The notes: generated by a model from the letters alone, not told the origin. A stretch of 64,000 bases of DNA from Nitrospirota bacterium (GCA_963740085.1 CAVUCU010000001.1:1088001-1152000); one strand, 5' to 3'; positions 18,719 to 31,763 are shown, numbered from the stretch's first letter. Numbers and translations are program-made.

Positions 18719-20503
18719 TTAGGTAATCGAATACTTCTGTTTGACTTTTTTTTGTTCGTACATCGACGTATCAGCCCGGAGCAGCAGTTCATCGAGGGAG
18801 CATGGACGGGACGGGTCGTAATAGCCGACTCCCGCACTCAGTGACAGCTTATATCGCCTGCTCGTTGAATTATTATACGTACCCACGTTTTTTTGCAACC
18901 GGGCAACGATCAGATCGGCACTGTCTCTGGTTGTCCCTACGGGGACGACCGCAAACTCATCCCCACCGAGCCGGGATATGATATCGATATCTCGACACGT
19001 TTCTTTCAGTATTCCGGCAATCTCCACTAGCGCCCGATCTCCTTCCTGATGGCCCAGGGTATCGTTAATCACCTTTAAACCGTCCATGTCGGCCGAAATC
19101 ACATACACCTCTCTCTTCAAGCGACTGGCCATTTTCAACTCGCGTTCCGCAAGCGCATAAAATCCTCGCCGATTATACAGGCCGGTCAGCTCATCCGTAA
19201 TTGAAAGCTCACGAAGTCGCCCTTCCATGCGTTTACGCTCGGTTACATCCCTGAGTATCCCCTTGATGCCGAGAAAATTGCCATCCTTGTCCTCTACGAC
19301 CATGCTCGACGATTCAAGTTCAATTGGTACTCCATCTTTGCTCTTCGCTCTCATGTGGTAGGCGCTCAACGCTTTTTTCAAATGCAACTGCTTCCTGAAA
19401 GCATCTCTGTCCTTCGGATCTCTCCAGTATTCCAACGCCTTCCTGCCGATCATATCGCGGGGACTCTCATATCCGAAAATCTTTGCGCCCGCGAGGTTCA
19501 TGAGAACGAATACGCCTTCGACGTTTACTTCATATATGCCGTCGAGAGAGGAGTCAACAAGGTTTTTGTACTTCGCTTCGGTCTTCCGATGGTCAGCTTC
19601 CGCAATAGCGCGCTCGGAATGTGCGCGGTCTATTTCATCTCCAATCGATTTTGATATTTTAGATATTAACACTCCAGCCAAGATTATCGATAGGAACGCA
19701 ATTGCAGATGCAATCAGCGCAGGAGAGCGCGCTCTGCTGAACGTAGCCTCATACATTAAACCATCGATCAGGATAAAAATAACGATAGCCGGAAGAAACG
19801 CCCGCATCAACCGGCTCCGAACTGTCGGCCCTATAAAGCCCCTGACCGGAAAACCCGATGGTCCTGTCGCAGCTATCAGTCCAAGGGCCAGAAGCACAAA
19901 AGCAATAGCAGTTGGGAGAGCGACAGGTATTATGCTCCCGCCGTACAAAAGAGGCGTGCCGTGCAAATAACCGAGAATGACGATGAATCCTATAGAACCC
20001 GCCGCCATCGCCGGAAAAGCCGCGGCTTGTTTTAACCATTGCCTGCCTTCAGCAGAGACCAGGAACAGGACTCCCATTCCTGTTAAGAAAAAAGCCACGG
20101 CCGTGATTGGAGACATATGGCCGGATGGAATATTGGTCATGGATGGGGCTACTTCAATTCCGAGGAGTTCGACTGGACTGATTATCCCGAAAAGAAAGAG
20201 TACTAGTATTGTCAAACAAATTAAGACAGTCAGGCATGCGCATACGAGCGCCAGCAATCGTCGCGCAGAACTTCGGGGGTCGAGCGCATGTGCAAGCAAT
20301 GACGCGCTCAGCAAGATGAAGCACAATGCAGTGCTCGGGGCTATCGGCACATAATCCGTGCCGATCATGGTGACGATGAACAACCCGGAGACCCAACCCA
20401 GCAGGGAAACAGTGCTGATGACCAAAACGGAAAGAAAGCTCCATCGGGCTATTCGTTTTAATACAAGCTCTTGCACGTCGGGCGACTTTGTCTTCGTTTC
20501 CAT
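18719..20503 (-). CDS. Membrane-bound PAS-GGDEF diguanylate cyclase
   Basis: Multi-TM N-terminus, PAS domain ending RDVTERK, DELTGLYNRR, INDTLGHQEGD, RDID I-site, RLGGDEF. Confidence 0.92.
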   Translation of the reverse strand: METKTKSPDVQELVLKRIARWSFLSVLVISTVSLLGWVSGLFIVTMIGTDYVPIAPSTALCFILLSASLLAHALDPRSSARRLLALVCACLTVLICLTILVLFLFGIISPVELLGIEVAPSMTNIPSGHMSPITAVAFFLTGMGVLFLVSAEGRQWLKQAAAFPAMAAGSIGFIVILGYLHGTPLLYGGSIIPVALPTAIAFVLLALGLIAATGPSGFPVRGFIGPTVRSRLMRAFLPAIVIFILIDGLMYEATFSRARSPALIASAIAFLSIILAGVLISKISKSIGDEIDRAHSERAIAEADHRKTEAKYKNLVDSSLDGIYEVNVEGVFVLMNLAGAKIFGYESPRDMIGRKALEYWRDPKDRDAFRKQLHLKKALSAYHMRAKSKDGVPIELESSSMVVEDKDGNFLGIKGILRDVTERKRMEGRLRELSITDELTGLYNRRGFYALAERELKMASRLKREVYVISADMDGLKVINDTLGHQEGDRALVEIAGILKETCRDIDIISRLGGDEFAVVPVGTTRDSADLIVARLQKNVGTYNNSTSRRYKLSLSAGVGYYDPSRPCSLDELLLRADTSMYEQKKVKQKYSIT

Positions 20504-20732
20504 TTAATCAGTTCGCTTTTCGTAAGATCGACGGTCTAATGAGACCGCTTCTCGATACCCGAACTTGTCGCGATGACCCTTCTCTGCAGAAAAAGTGCTT
20601 TAAGTATAGCAAAAGCACGCCGGAATTGTAACCGAAGTCTCGATCATACGGTCTTTATAACCGTATCGTCGTCGAAGAAGGTTACTTTTTTCGACTCGCG
20701 GTGGATAAAATATGACTCAGAAGTCACTAGAT

Positions 20733-20764
20733 AAAAAAGGCGGCCATCTGTCCGCCTTTTTTTT
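20733..20764. terminator. Bidirectional-type terminator hairpin downstream of the DUF255 gene
   Basis: aaaaaaggcgg-ccatctgt-ccgcctttttttt. Confidence 0.7.
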
Positions 20765-20790
20765 GTGCCGACCGCACGGCAGCTTCTTTT

Positions 20791-22662
20791 TTAATCCCTG
20801 CCGACCGCCCTTGCGAGAAAGTCTTTTAGACCTGCCTTCAGGTCTTCTGTAGATGTGATCGGCGCTGAACACCGCTTCCCGACACAGAGGTAGACCGCTT
20901 CCTGCAAGGGGTACTTGAGCTTCTTGATCTCCTTCACGTCCGCTGAAAGCGAAAGCACACGCACGGCCTTCTCCGGGACAAAGAGGCGGTCGATCGTTGA
21001 TAGATAGTTGCGGATCCCTTCCCCATCCCCGAGAATGGTGATCTGAACAGGCTCCCCCGCCATCCAGAGCAGCACCGTACCGTATGTCCCTGCAAGCGGA
21101 GCGAATTTCTCGTACTCGCCGGCGAGGCTCTCGGCAACAGCATCACGGACTTCCTTCAGCTTCCCATACTCTCCGGTAAAGGCGAGCCTGCTCAAAAAAC
21201 GGACTGCCCGGTAGTTGGCAAGATCTTCATTCATTTCCGACAACACACCGGCGGTGACCGGTTTATTGATCGGCGCGTCGATCGAGGATCGGAACTTCTT
21301 CGTGGCCCTGTCATAGAAGCGGCCGGTCACAAGCCTGCCGATCTCTTGTGCTGTCTGCAGGTAACGCCTGTCTCCCGTTATATTGTACAGATCAAGCATG
21401 GCTGATCCGAAGAGCGCGTTGTCTGAAAGAAGACCCTTGAGAGACGGCGCACCGTTATGAAAGGCATGGAAGACCCCTTCGCTCCCGGCTGTCATCTTCC
21501 GGAGCAGAAACTCCGCGCTCTTGACGGCCATGTCAAGATATAGTGACTCTCCGGTCGCGTTGTAAGCGGCAACGAGAGCGCTGATCATGAGAGAGGAGGA
21601 ATCGGCATAGGTCGTCGTATCTACAAAAGGCGGCCTCAGGCCTTTCCGGTCCTCCTTTTTGTAGTAATTCTCATCTGCGTCCTGACTGCCGTACAATGCG
21701 CCGCTTGCGGGATCATACAGCCTGGCCCGCACGAACCCTATGCCCTCGCGGACAAGGGTGAGATACTCTTTGCGGTTAAACACCAGCGAAGCATCCGCAT
21801 AGTTCCTGACCATGCCTGCGCTCACCTCGAGCATCTTTTCGTAATGCGGCCCGGACCAGTCTGATTTAGTGGAATAGCGGAAAAAGCCGCCCTCGACCTT
21901 GTCGTGCAGCCCGCCTTTTGCCATCCCCTCAAGCGTTTTCGTGATAATATTTTTTATGCCCTCATCCCTGTTTCGCGCGTACCGGGAAAGAAGGAAATCG
22001 ATCGCATCGGGATTCGGGAATTTCTGATTGTGTCCGAATCCTCCATGGATAGTGTCAAAGGAATTTTTCAGGACTCCCACGACCTTGTCGAGATCTCCCT
22101 TGTCCGGCAGATCCGCAAATCCGGTCTCCCGAATATGGCTTAACTCCTTCATCGCCTTGATCTCCGTGAGTCGATCAACGATAGTGTTTCGATCGGTGCT
22201 GAACAGCGCCGCAGCACGCTTCAACCGCGCGAGCAGTTCCTCCGCCGGAATATAGTTCCCGCCGCTGATCACCTCTCCCTGAGGCGTAAGGATGGCAGTG
22301 CTTGGCCAACCGCCCTGGTTATACAGCGCGTCTATATCAGGACGCATATCGGAATCGACCCTGATGGGGATGAAATGCTCGTTGATATAGGAAATGATCT
22401 CTTCGTTGGAGTAGGTGGTCTCGTCCATCACGTGACACCAGTGGCACCACACCGCGCTGAGAGAGAGCAGGACCAGCCTGTTCTTTTTTCGCGCCTCCTC
22501 CAGCGCGTCAGGCCCCCAGCTTCGCCACTGGACCAGGTGCGCCTTGTTCGGCCGGGGCGAAAAGCGAAAGTCGGACGCCATCGCAAGATGAGAAATGAGA
22601 AAGACGCCGCAAGCAACGATTGTGAAGAACCTTTTCACCGGAACACGCCTTTCTTTTTGCAC
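20791..22662 (-). CDS. DUF255/YyaL-like thioredoxin plus (alpha/alpha)6 protein with a signal-peptide-like N-terminus
   Basis: WCHWCHVMD, RPDID..Y, GGWP, KFP, GGFFRYS, PHYEKML, SQDAD. Confidence 0.88.
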   Translation of the reverse strand: MQKERRVPVKRFFTIVACGVFLISHLAMASDFRFSPRPNKAHLVQWRSWGPDALEEARKKNRLVLLSLSAVWCHWCHVMDETTYSNEEIISYINEHFIPIRVDSDMRPDIDALYNQGGWPSTAILTPQGEVISGGNYIPAEELLARLKRAAALFSTDRNTIVDRLTEIKAMKELSHIRETGFADLPDKGDLDKVVGVLKNSFDTIHGGFGHNQKFPNPDAIDFLLSRYARNRDEGIKNIITKTLEGMAKGGLHDKVEGGFFRYSTKSDWSGPHYEKMLEVSAGMVRNYADASLVFNRKEYLTLVREGIGFVRARLYDPASGALYGSQDADENYYKKEDRKGLRPPFVDTTTYADSSSLMISALVAAYNATGESLYLDMAVKSAEFLLRKMTAGSEGVFHAFHNGAPSLKGLLSDNALFGSAMLDLYNITGDRRYLQTAQEIGRLVTGRFYDRATKKFRSSIDAPINKPVTAGVLSEMNEDLANYRAVRFLSRLAFTGEYGKLKEVRDAVAESLAGEYEKFAPLAGTYGTVLLWMAGEPVQITILGDGEGIRNYLSTIDRLFVPEKAVRVLSLSADVKEIKKLKYPLQEAVYLCVGKRCSAPITSTEDLKAGLKDFLARAVGRD

Positions 22663-22919
22663 ACTCCTCTTGAAAGAGGAACATACAGGGACGGGGGTAT
22701 TGGTCGTTTTTCAATGATACCTCATTGCCTGCGGGAAATGAAGCGTCATCTATGCATCTCTATTATTGATCGAAGCGTGATAATACCAAATCTTCTTTCC
22801 GGTCAGATTGATTGAAAATTACTCTTTGAAAGAATGTTTTTATGATATAGTTGGTTTACAAATGGTTCTTCCTGAAGTGCGGAGCATGAACGATTCTAAA
22901 ACTACGAGGAGTATATTCA

Positions 22920-25900
22920 TTGAAGTTGCGTACCAAAACCATTCTCGATAGCGTTCCCAAGATGCTGGCGCACTTCCAGGGAAAAGACCTTGAAACAAAG
23001 TTCGCCGTGTACGAACCGCCGCTGCGATCGGAATTGTTCAGCGCAGACCAGATGGAGCAGCACGGCAAGACCCTGGCGCGACTGCACACGGTGAGCCCGG
23101 AACACGCTCCTGACCGGCTTCTGGCGAGATTGGCTGAGAACGAATCCATCCTGACGGGGACCCGCAATCTGCTGATAGACGCGGTCAAGTCAGACCGCAG
23201 GATCACGCCGGCGGCTGAATGGCTGCTTGACAACTTCTATCTGATCGAAGAACAGATCCGCATGGCAAGGAGACACTTGCCAAAGGTCTACAGCCGGCAG
23301 CTGCCCCGCTTGCTGGGTGGGCCGTCTGACGGGCTTCCGCGCGTGTATGACATCGCCCTGGAGACAGTCTCGCATGGTGACGGCAGGGTGGACCCCGAAA
23401 GTCTCAGCCGCTTCCTTGCGGCCTACCAGACAGTCGCCGTCCTGAACCTGGGAGAAATGTGGGCAATACCCATTATGCTGCGCCTGGCGTTGATCGAGAA
23501 CCTCCGGCGAGTGGGGGCCCGGATCGCCGCGGACAGGATGGACCGAAACTTCGCCGGCACCTGGGCGGACCGGATGACCGAGGTTGCCGCGAAAGACCCG
23601 AAGAGCCTGATCCTGGTCATTGCCGACATGGCACGCTCAAACCCGCCCCTCAAGAGTGCTTTTGTCGCGGAATTTGCCCGCCGGCTTCAGGGACAGGGCC
23701 CCGCCCTGGCAATGCCTCTCACCTGGATCGAGCAGCACCTCTCCGAGAGCAGCATGACGATCGATCAGATGGTGCAGGCGGAGAACCAGCAACTGGCGGC
23801 TGATCAGGTGTCGATGAGCAACAGCATCGGCAGCCTCCGCTTCCTGGGCGCGATGGACTGGCGCGAGTTCGTCGAGACGATGAGCGTTGTCGAACAGACC
23901 CTGCGTCAGGACCCCGGCGGTAGATACGAAAAAATGGATTTTTCTACTCGTGACCAATACCGTCACGCGGTGGAGAAGATCGCGAAGAACAGCCGGCTGT
24001 CCGAAGGTGAGGTGGCGGCCAACGCGGTCCGGATCGCGCGCGAGAGCGCTGCTCATGAAGACGCAAACGAAGTCGGAAGCGATCGCTCGGCTCATGTAGG
24101 CTACTACCTGATCGACAAGGGACTGGCGCAGCTTGAACAGGCGGCAGGGGTCCGGTTGTCTGTCACGGAGTTCTTTCGAAAGGCAGGCCGCCGGTTTCCC
24201 TTGTTCCTTTATCTTGGCACGATCACTCTGATGACGGCGATTTTCACCGGGGGCCTGGTGGTAAAGGCGCATGCCGGCGGGTACCCGGACTGGCTGCTCG
24301 CGCTCATGGGGCTCCTTTCGCTGTTGACCGGAAGTCAACTGGCGGTGGCGTTGGTGAACTGGCTGGCTACGCTGCTGGTGACGCCGCAGCCGCTGCCGAG
24401 GATGGACTTTTCCGAAGGAATTCCGGAGGGATCGCGCGCCCTGGTGGTGATCCCCACGTTCCTCACGAGCGCTCCCGAGATCGAGGGCCTGGTGGAGGCG
24501 TTGGAAGTCAGGTTTCTGGCAAATCGCGATGAAAACCTGCACTTCGGACTGCTGACTGATTTTCCGGACGCACCGGAGGAAATTCTTCCTGGGGACGAAG
24601 CGCTCTTGCTGCTCGCCCGGCAGAGAATCGAAGAGCTGAATGAGAAATATCGGAATGCAAAGAGCGATACCTTCTTCCTCTTTCACCGCCCCCGTCTCTG
24701 GAATCCCGCGGAAAAAGTCTGGATGGGTTACGAGCGCAAACGGGGAAAGCTTGCAGCGCTGAATTTCCTTCTGCGGTGCGGTGCTGCCCCCTCACCCTCG
24801 TCCTCTCCCTCCGGGGGAAAGGGTTGCAATAACTCCTTCTCACTCGTCGTCGGCGATACTGCAGTGCTGTCACCGGTTAAGTACGTGATCACGCTTGACA
24901 CGGATACCCAGCTGCCGCGCGATGCAGCCCGGCAGCTTGTGGGAGCCATGGCTCATCCGCTGAACCGCCCGCACTACGATGAAGGCAAACAGCGGGTTGT
25001 TGCCGGGTACGGCATCCTTCAGCCGCGGGTTGCCGCGAGCCTGCCGGGTACAAACCGGTCGCAGTATGCGCGCATGGAGGGAAGCGATCCGGGCATCGAC
25101 CCCTATACGCGTGCTGTCTCGGATGTGTACCAGGACCTCTTCCGTGAAGGCTCCTTTATCGGTAAGGGGATCTACGATGTCGACGCCTTCGACCGGGCGC
25201 TGAACGGGCTTTTTCCCGATAACCGGATCCTGAGCCACGATCTTATCGAAGGGTGTTTCGCGCGCGCGGGGCTGTTGAGCGACGTAATGGTCTACGAGGA
25301 ATATCCTGCCCGATACGGCGAGGACGTGAGCCGCCGCCACCGGTGGATCCGCGGGGATTGGCAGCTGCTGTCCTGGCTGCGGGCGGCGATCCCCGGTCCG
25401 GGGCCCGCGCGCGACCGGCAACGCCGGAAGAATCCCCTCTCGCTGCTGTCCCAATGGAAGCTCTTCGATAACCTTCGTCGCAGTCTCGTACCTTCGGCAT
25501 TGACGCTCTTCTTCGTGCTCGGGTGGACGATCTTGTCTTCGCCCTGGTTCTGGACCGTGTCGATGATCGGAATCATTCTGATCCCTTCATTTGCCACCTC
25601 TCTCCTTGACCTGTTTCAAAAACCGCGCGATGTGCTTCCCGGGCAGCACCTCACTGCTGTGGGGCACTCCGCCGGCAGGCGCTTTGCCCATGATCTGTTC
25701 GTGCTTGCGTGCCTCCCCTACGAAGCGTTTTACAGTCTGGATGCGGTCGTTCGGACGCTCGGGAGAATGCTCGTGACGCGCAGGCGGCTCCTCGAATGGA
25801 GTCCGTCAGGCGACCCGGACCGAAAGAACAGAATGGACCTCGCTGCTGTTTGTCGGACGATGTGGTTCGCCCCCTTTCTTGCGGTCGCGACAATGGTGAC

Positions 25901-28900
25901 TCTGGCCCTTTCTCGTCCCGCGGCGTTGGCTGCCGCCGGGCCGCTCCTGGTCCTCTGGTTTGGTTCGCCGGTCATCGCGTGGTGGCTCAGCCGGCCGCTT
26001 ACGCGCCGTGAAGCGCGATTGACCGCCGGCCAGACCCTTTTTCTCCGGAAGCTTTCCCGAAAGACCTGGGCCTTCTTTGAGACCTTCGTCGGCACGGAGG
26101 GCAACTGGCTGCCGCCTGATAACTACCAGGAGTATCGCGCTGCAGTGGTCGCGTATCGCACGTCTCCGACCAACATGGGGCTTGCGCTGCTGGCCAACCT
26201 GTCCGCGTACGACTTCGGCTACATTCCTTCCGGACAACTCATCGAGCGCACAGAAAAGGCCCTCTCCACAATGGAAGCCCTGGACCGTCACCGTGGCCAC
26301 TTCTACAACTGGTATGATACGCAGTCTCTGAAACCGCTGCACCCTGCTTACATTTCAACGGTGGACAGCGGGAACCTCGCCGCTCACCTGCTCACCTTGC
26401 GTCAGGGTCTGCTCGCGCTTCCCGATCACAAGGTCCTCCATGAGAGATGGTTCGACGGGGTCTCCGACACCCTGCAGATCCTCGTGGACGCTGCGGGAGG
26501 AGCGGTCCCCGCCAGGCTCGCTCAACTTCAGAAGGACCTGAAGTCCGCGTATGCTTCCCCACCGGCTACTCTCGCGGATGCGCGGCTGTGCTTCGATCAA
26601 CTGACAACGTCTGCCGCGGAAGCGGCCTCGGACTTCGATTCACTTGATCTTGGTCCCGAAAACCAGGCCGCGTGGTGGGCACATACCCTTGTCCGGCAAT
26701 GCCAGTCAGTCCTCGATGAGCTGACCTTCCTCTCGTCGTCGCTTATTCGTGACCGTGATGAGATCCCGACCCTGCGCGAACTGGCAGGCCTTGGAAACGA
26801 GCGCGCCGGGGCAAGGATCACTGCCATCGAATCCCTTGCATTGAGATGCGGAGAACTCTGCCGCATGGAGTATGATTTCCTGTACAACAAGTCGATCCAT
26901 CTCCTTGCCATTGGGTACAACGTTGATGAGCGCCGGCGGGATGCCAGTTATTACGATCTCCTTGCTTCGGAAGCGCGACTGAGCTGTTTTGTGGCGATCG
27001 CGCAGGGCCAACTGCCGCAGGACAGCTGGTTTGCCCTGGGGCGGCTGCTCACCATTGCCGGCGGAGGGCCGGTCCTTGTTTCATGGAGCGGTTCGATGTT
27101 CGAGTACCTCATGCCGCTTCTGGTAATGCCGACCTACGAGGACACGCTGCTCGACCAAACCTGTCGGGCGGCAGTGGAGAGACAGATCGAATACGGGAGG
27201 CTGCGCGGCGTACCGTGGGGCATTTCGGAATCCTGCTACAACGCGGTCGATGCACATCTCAATTACCAATACCGCGCTTTTGGCGTGCCCGGCCTGGGGC
27301 TCAAACGCGGACTCGCCGAGGATATGGTCATTGCCCCCTATGCCTCGGCCCTGGCGCTGATGGTGGCGCCCGAGAAGGCGTGCCTGAACCTGCAGAGACT
27401 CGCTGCGCAGGGGTATGAAGGAAAATTCGGTTTTTTTGAGGCGATCGACTATACGCCTTCACGTCAACGACGCGGGCAATCAAGCGTCGTGGTCAGGACG
27501 TTCATGGCGCATCACCAGGGTATGAGCTTTCTCTCGCTGGGCTCCGTGCTCCTGGACCGTCCGATGCAGAAGCGGTTCGAGTCCGACCTGGAGTTGCAGG
27601 CAACCATGCTTCTGCTCCAGGAGCGTGTGCCAAAGGTTGCGGGGTTCTATTCGCACACCACCGAGCTCTCCGAGATCCGGCCGGCCTCCAACGGTACGGA
27701 GATGCCGATGCGCATACACGACAGCCCCGACACAGCCGTTCCGGAGGTGCAGTTATTGTCAAACGGCAGGTACCACGTGATGGTCACGAATGCGGGGGGC
27801 GGTTACAGCCGATGGAAGGATATCGCCGTTACGCGCTGGCGCGAAGACGGTACCCGGGACGACTGGGGCACGTTCTGTTACCTTCGCGACGCGGCGAGCG
27901 GAGAGTTCTGGTCGACCGCGTATCAGCCGACGCTCAAACGGCCGAACAAATACGAAGCGATCTTTTCGGAAGGCCGGGCGGAGTTTCGCCGCCGGGACCA
28001 TAACATCGACACCCATACCGAGATTGCCGTCTCTCCCGAGGATGATATCGAGCTGCGCAGGATCACGATCACCAACCGCAGCCGGACACGCAGGACGATC
28101 GACATCACGAGTTACGCGGAAGTCGTCCTCACATCACCTGCCGCCGACGCGCTGCACCCGGCATTCGGCAAACTTTTTGTTCAGACAGAGATCATCGAAC
28201 ACAGGCAGGCGATCCTGTGCACCCGCCGGCCCCGCTCCCGGGACGAGCACGCGCCCTGGATGTTCCATCTGATGGTCGTTCACGGTGCGGAAATCGGCGA
28301 AGTTACCTATGAGACCGACCGCAGCCGGTTCATCGGCCGGGGGAGGACCGTTGCCGATCCACAGGCCATGGAAAAGTCAGGGGCGCTCTCGGGCAGCCAG
28401 GGCCCCGTGCTCGATCCGATCGTCGCTATCCGATATCGGATAACCCTCGATCCGGAGGGATCGGCAACGGTCAATATCGTCAGCGGCATCGGCGAAACCC
28501 GGAACAGCTGTCTGGGCCTTGTCGATAAATACCAGGACCGGCGCCTTGCGGACCGCGTCTTTGATCTCGCGTGGACCCACAGCCAGGTGGTCCTGCGACA
28601 GATCAACGCCACGGAGACCGATGCGCAACTTTATGGACGCCTTGCCGGATCCGTTCTCTATGCCAATTCTTCTCTGCGTGCCGATCCGGGTATAATCCAG
28701 AAGAACCGCCGAGGGCAGTCGGGTCTCTGGGGCTACTCCATTTCCGGAGATATCCCGATCGTACTGCTGCGGATCGAAGATCCGGCACATATCGACCTGG
28801 TGCGTCAGTTCGTACAGGCACACGAATACTGGCGTCTCAAGGGGCTCGCGGTGGACCTCGTGATCTGGAATGAGGATCACGCCGGTTACCGGCAGCTTCT

Positions 28901-31574
28901 TCAGGAACAGATCATGGGACTCATTGCGGCAGGCGTTGAAGCGAACGTGGCCGAACGGCCGGGAGGCATTTTCGTAAGACCTGTGGACCAGATACCGAAC
29001 GAGGACCGGATCCTGCTTCAAACAGTCGCCCGCGTCGTCATCAGTGACAGCCTCGGCCCGCTTGCTGATCAGGTAAAGCGTCGCGCTCGTGCAACGGCAC
29101 CGGCCCCGCTCCTTACCTTGACCCGAAACCATCTCTCCGAACCCTTAACAATCGCCGCGTTGCCTCGCCTTGATCTGACGTTCTTCAACGGGTTGGGCGG
29201 ATTCACCACCGATGGGCGGGAGTACGTCATTACAACCACGCCCGAACAGGTGACGCCGGCGCCCTGGGTTAATGTGCTTGCAAACCCGCTTTTCGGGACG
29301 GTCATTTCAGAGAGCGGAGCTGCTTACACCTGGAGCGAGAATGCCCATGAGTTCCGCCTCTCTCCCTGGGAGAATGATCCTGTTTGCGATTCGAGCGGAG
29401 AGGCGTTTTACATCCGTGATGAAGAGCGTGGCCACTTCTGGTCTCCCGCGCCGCTGCCAAGCCGCGGGGCGACGCCTTACGTCACTCGTCATGGCTTCGG
29501 CTACAGCGTCTTCGAGCATACGGAACTCGGTATCCGCTCAGAAATGTGGGTTTATGTGGCCGAAGATACAGCGATCAAGTTCATTGTGCTGAAAGTGAGA
29601 AATGAGTCCGGCAGACCGCGCAAGCTCTCGGCCACCGGTTACGTGGAATGGGTGCTGGGAGATCTGCGTTCAAAAACGGCAATGCAGGTGATCACCGAAA
29701 TCGACCCCAAAACCGGCGCCGTCTTCGCGCGGAACCCGTATAACACGGAGTTCGCTGAACGTACGGCCTTCTTCGACTCAGGCGAGGCGAACCGGACCGT
29801 GACCGGCGACCGGACCGAGTTCCTTGGCCGCAACGGCACGCTTCAGAAGCCGGCTGCGATGACCCGTACCCGGCTTTCCGGCAGGATAGGGGCCGGTCTG
29901 GATCCATGCGCCGCTGTCCAGGTCCCCTTCGATCTGGCCAACGGGCAGGAGCGGGAGATCATCTTCATGCTCGGTGCTGGGAGAAACTCCGAAGACGCGG
30001 TCAACCTGGTGCAACGCTTCCGGGGGTCCGCTGCCGCGCGCGGCGCGCTCGAAAAGGTCTGGGAGTATTGGAACCACACCCTCGGCGCTGTGCAGGTGAA
30101 GACGCCGGACCAGGCCGTCAACATGCTGGCCAACGGCTGGCTACTCTACCAGACCCTGGCTTGTCGTCTCTGGGCGCGAAGCGGATACTACCAGTCCGGA
30201 GGCGCATTCGGTTTCCGAGACCAGTTGCAGGACGCGATGGCGCTCATCCATACCCGGCCGCAGCTCCTGCGCGGGCACCTCCTCCTCTGCGCGGCCCATC
30301 AGTTCAAGGAGGGAGATGTCCAGCATTGGTGGCATCCCCCGACAGGGCGCGGCGTGCGTACACGCTGTTCCGACGATTTTCTCTGGCTTCCCCTTGCCAC
30401 ATGCCGCTATGTTCTGACGAGCGGCGACACCGGGGTGCTTGATGAAACCGTCCGCTTCATCGAGGGTCGACCGCTCAACCCTGACGAAGACTCCTATTAC
30501 GATCTCCCCCGTGCTTCTGAGGAAACGGCCACCCTGTATGATCACTGTGTGCAGGCCATCCTGCGCGGCATCACCAGCGGCGCGCATGGCCTGCCGCTCA
30601 TGGGTTCAGGTGACTGGAACGACGGCATGAACCTGGTGGGCAGTCACGGCAAGGGTGAAAGCGTCTGGCTCGGATTTTTCCTGTATGAGGTGCTGGTGCG
30701 GTTTTCGGAGATCGCGCGCTTTCACGACGATCCTTCATTCGCGGAACGCTGCCAGGCGGAATCCGCGCTTGTGAGCAAGAATATCGAGCAGCATGGCTGG
30801 GATGGTGAATGGTACCTCCGGGCTTTTTTTGACGACGGTTCGCCGCTGGGTTCAGCGGGCAATGCTGAATGCCGGATCGATTCCATTGCCCAAAGCTGGT
30901 CTGTTCTTTCCGGTGCCGGTGATGTTAAGCGATCCCGCACGGCAATGGAAGCGGTTGACAAGTTTCTTGTTCGACGGCAGCATGGCCTGATCCAGCTCCT
31001 GGACCCGCCGTTCGACAAGTCGGATCTGGATCCCGGATATATAAAGGGGTACGTTCCCGGTGTGAGGGAGAACGGCGGGCAGTATACCCACGCGGCAGTC
31101 TGGACTGCGATGGCCTTTGCCGCACTGGGCGACAGCAGCCGCGCATGGGACCTGATGGCAATGATCAATCCCATAAACCATGGGAGATCGCCTGAAGAGA
31201 TCGCGATCTACAAAGGAGAACCCTATGTTGCGGCCGCCGACGTCTATGCGGTCCCTCCGCACATCGGGCAAGGCGGATGGACCTGGTACACGGGGTCGGC
31301 CGGGTGGATATACCGGCTTATCCTGGAATCGCTTCTGGGGCTGCGGCTCGAGACAGACAAACTACGCTTTGAGCCGTGCCTGCCCAGGGAGTGGGATATG
31401 TTTACGGTGCACTACCGGTACCGGGAAACCATCTACCATATCGCGGTCCGGCAAACGCTTGACAGCGGCGGAGGGAGTGTGATGGTCGATGGCGTCCCGC
31501 AGATCGAAAAGACTATTCCCCTTGTTGACGACCGTCTAGAACATGAGGTCGAGGTGAAAATTCCAGCGAGGTGA
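22920..31574 (+). CDS. ndvB: Cyclic beta-1,2-glucan synthase (Cgs/NdvB; GT84 plus GH94-like domains), 2884 aa
   Basis: [81 protein letters not shown]. Confidence 0.93.
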   Translation: MKLRTKTILDSVPKMLAHFQGKDLETKFAVYEPPLRSELFSADQMEQHGKTLARLHTVSPEHAPDRLLARLAENESILTGTRNLLIDAVKSDRRITPAAEWLLDNFYLIEEQIRMARRHLPKVYSRQLPRLLGGPSDGLPRVYDIALETVSHGDGRVDPESLSRFLAAYQTVAVLNLGEMWAIPIMLRLALIENLRRVGARIAADRMDRNFAGTWADRMTEVAAKDPKSLILVIADMARSNPPLKSAFVAEFARRLQGQGPALAMPLTWIEQHLSESSMTIDQMVQAENQQLAADQVSMSNSIGSLRFLGAMDWREFVETMSVVEQTLRQDPGGRYEKMDFSTRDQYRHAVEKIAKNSRLSEGEVAANAVRIARESAAHEDANEVGSDRSAHVGYYLIDKGLAQLEQAAGVRLSVTEFFRKAGRRFPLFLYLGTITLMTAIFTGGLVVKAHAGGYPDWLLALMGLLSLLTGSQLAVALVNWLATLLVTPQPLPRMDFSEGIPEGSRALVVIPTFLTSAPEIEGLVEALEVRFLANRDENLHFGLLTDFPDAPEEILPGDEALLLLARQRIEELNEKYRNAKSDTFFLFHRPRLWNPAEKVWMGYERKRGKLAALNFLLRCGAAPSPSSSPSGGKGCNNSFSLVVGDTAVLSPVKYVITLDTDTQLPRDAARQLVGAMAHPLNRPHYDEGKQRVVAGYGILQPRVAASLPGTNRSQYARMEGSDPGIDPYTRAVSDVYQDLFREGSFIGKGIYDVDAFDRALNGLFPDNRILSHDLIEGCFARAGLLSDVMVYEEYPARYGEDVSRRHRWIRGDWQLLSWLRAAIPGPGPARDRQRRKNPLSLLSQWKLFDNLRRSLVPSALTLFFVLGWTILSSPWFWTVSMIGIILIPSFATSLLDLFQKPRDVLPGQHLTAVGHSAGRRFAHDLFVLACLPYEAFYSLDAVVRTLGRMLVTRRRLLEWSPSGDPDRKNRMDLAAVCRTMWFAPFLAVATMVTLALSRPAALAAAGPLLVLWFGSPVIAWWLSRPLTRREARLTAGQTLFLRKLSRKTWAFFETFVGTEGNWLPPDNYQEYRAAVVAYRTSPTNMGLALLANLSAYDFGYIPSGQLIERTEKALSTMEALDRHRGHFYNWYDTQSLKPLHPAYISTVDSGNLAAHLLTLRQGLLALPDHKVLHERWFDGVSDTLQILVDAAGGAVPARLAQLQKDLKSAYASPPATLADARLCFDQLTTSAAEAASDFDSLDLGPENQAAWWAHTLVRQCQSVLDELTFLSSSLIRDRDEIPTLRELAGLGNERAGARITAIESLALRCGELCRMEYDFLYNKSIHLLAIGYNVDERRRDASYYDLLASEARLSCFVAIAQGQLPQDSWFALGRLLTIAGGGPVLVSWSGSMFEYLMPLLVMPTYEDTLLDQTCRAAVERQIEYGRLRGVPWGISESCYNAVDAHLNYQYRAFGVPGLGLKRGLAEDMVIAPYASALALMVAPEKACLNLQRLAAQGYEGKFGFFEAIDYTPSRQRRGQSSVVVRTFMAHHQGMSFLSLGSVLLDRPMQKRFESDLELQATMLLLQERVPKVAGFYSHTTELSEIRPASNGTEMPMRIHDSPDTAVPEVQLLSNGRYHVMVTNAGGGYSRWKDIAVTRWREDGTRDDWGTFCYLRDAASGEFWSTAYQPTLKRPNKYEAIFSEGRAEFRRRDHNIDTHTEIAVSPEDDIELRRITITNRSRTRRTIDITSYAEVVLTSPAADALHPAFGKLFVQTEIIEHRQAILCTRRPRSRDEHAPWMFHLMVVHGAEIGEVTYETDRSRFIGRGRTVADPQAMEKSGALSGSQGPVLDPIVAIRYRITLDPEGSATVNIVSGIGETRNSCLGLVDKYQDRRLADRVFDLAWTHSQVVLRQINATETDAQLYGRLAGSVLYANSSLRADPGIIQKNRRGQSGLWGYSISGDIPIVLLRIEDPAHIDLVRQFVQAHEYWRLKGLAVDLVIWNEDHAGYRQLLQEQIMGLIAAGVEANVAERPGGIFVRPVDQIPNEDRILLQTVARVVISDSLGPLADQVKRRARATAPAPLLTLTRNHLSEPLTIAALPRLDLTFFNGLGGFTTDGREYVITTTPEQVTPAPWVNVLANPLFGTVISESGAAYTWSENAHEFRLSPWENDPVCDSSGEAFYIRDEERGHFWSPAPLPSRGATPYVTRHGFGYSVFEHTELGIRSEMWVYVAEDTAIKFIVLKVRNESGRPRKLSATGYVEWVLGDLRSKTAMQVITEIDPKTGAVFARNPYNTEFAERTAFFDSGEANRTVTGDRTEFLGRNGTLQKPAAMTRTRLSGRIGAGLDPCAAVQVPFDLANGQEREIIFMLGAGRNSEDAVNLVQRFRGSAAARGALEKVWEYWNHTLGAVQVKTPDQAVNMLANGWLLYQTLACRLWARSGYYQSGGAFGFRDQLQDAMALIHTRPQLLRGHLLLCAAHQFKEGDVQHWWHPPTGRGVRTRCSDDFLWLPLATCRYVLTSGDTGVLDETVRFIEGRPLNPDEDSYYDLPRASEETATLYDHCVQAILRGITSGAHGLPLMGSGDWNDGMNLVGSHGKGESVWLGFFLYEVLVRFSEIARFHDDPSFAERCQAESALVSKNIEQHGWDGEWYLRAFFDDGSPLGSAGNAECRIDSIAQSWSVLSGAGDVKRSRTAMEAVDKFLVRRQHGLIQLLDPPFDKSDLDPGYIKGYVPGVRENGGQYTHAAVWTAMAFAALGDSSRAWDLMAMINPINHGRSPEEIAIYKGEPYVAAADVYAVPPHIGQGGWTWYTGSAGWIYRLILESLLGLRLETDKLRFEPCLPREWDMFTVHYRYRETIYHIAVRQTLDSGGGSVMVDGVPQIEKTIPLVDDRLEHEVEVKIPAR
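24787..24823 (+). repeat. REP-like palindrome inserted in frame within the glucan synthase gene
   Basis: ccccctcaccctcgtcctctccctccgggggaaaggg encodes the low-complexity [13 protein letters not shown] stretch. Confidence 0.55.
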
Positions 31575-31734
31575 GTGAAGGTATCAGTGTCACTCCGAAT
31601 ATTAGCGTCGTGTGTAAGTTTCGATCCGTATTTGTTAATCCTTGGTATTATCTATGAATGCGCACTTGTAGTAAACAATCTCACTTTCTCCATGAATGCA
31701 CGATTTCAACACACCCGTCACAACAATTTTCCGC

Positions 31735-31763
31735 TTGTACATCGCAGGTGATTCTTGTATATT
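31735..31763 (+). promoter_or_regulatory. sigma70-type promoter for hisC-B-H-A-F
   Basis: TTGTAC-17 nt-TATATT, 9 nt before ATG 31773. Confidence 0.55.

Noticed and set aside
18719-19220. Hypr-type (cGAMP-making) GGDEF
   Set aside because: It has the canonical Asp in GHQEGD rather than Ser/Thr.
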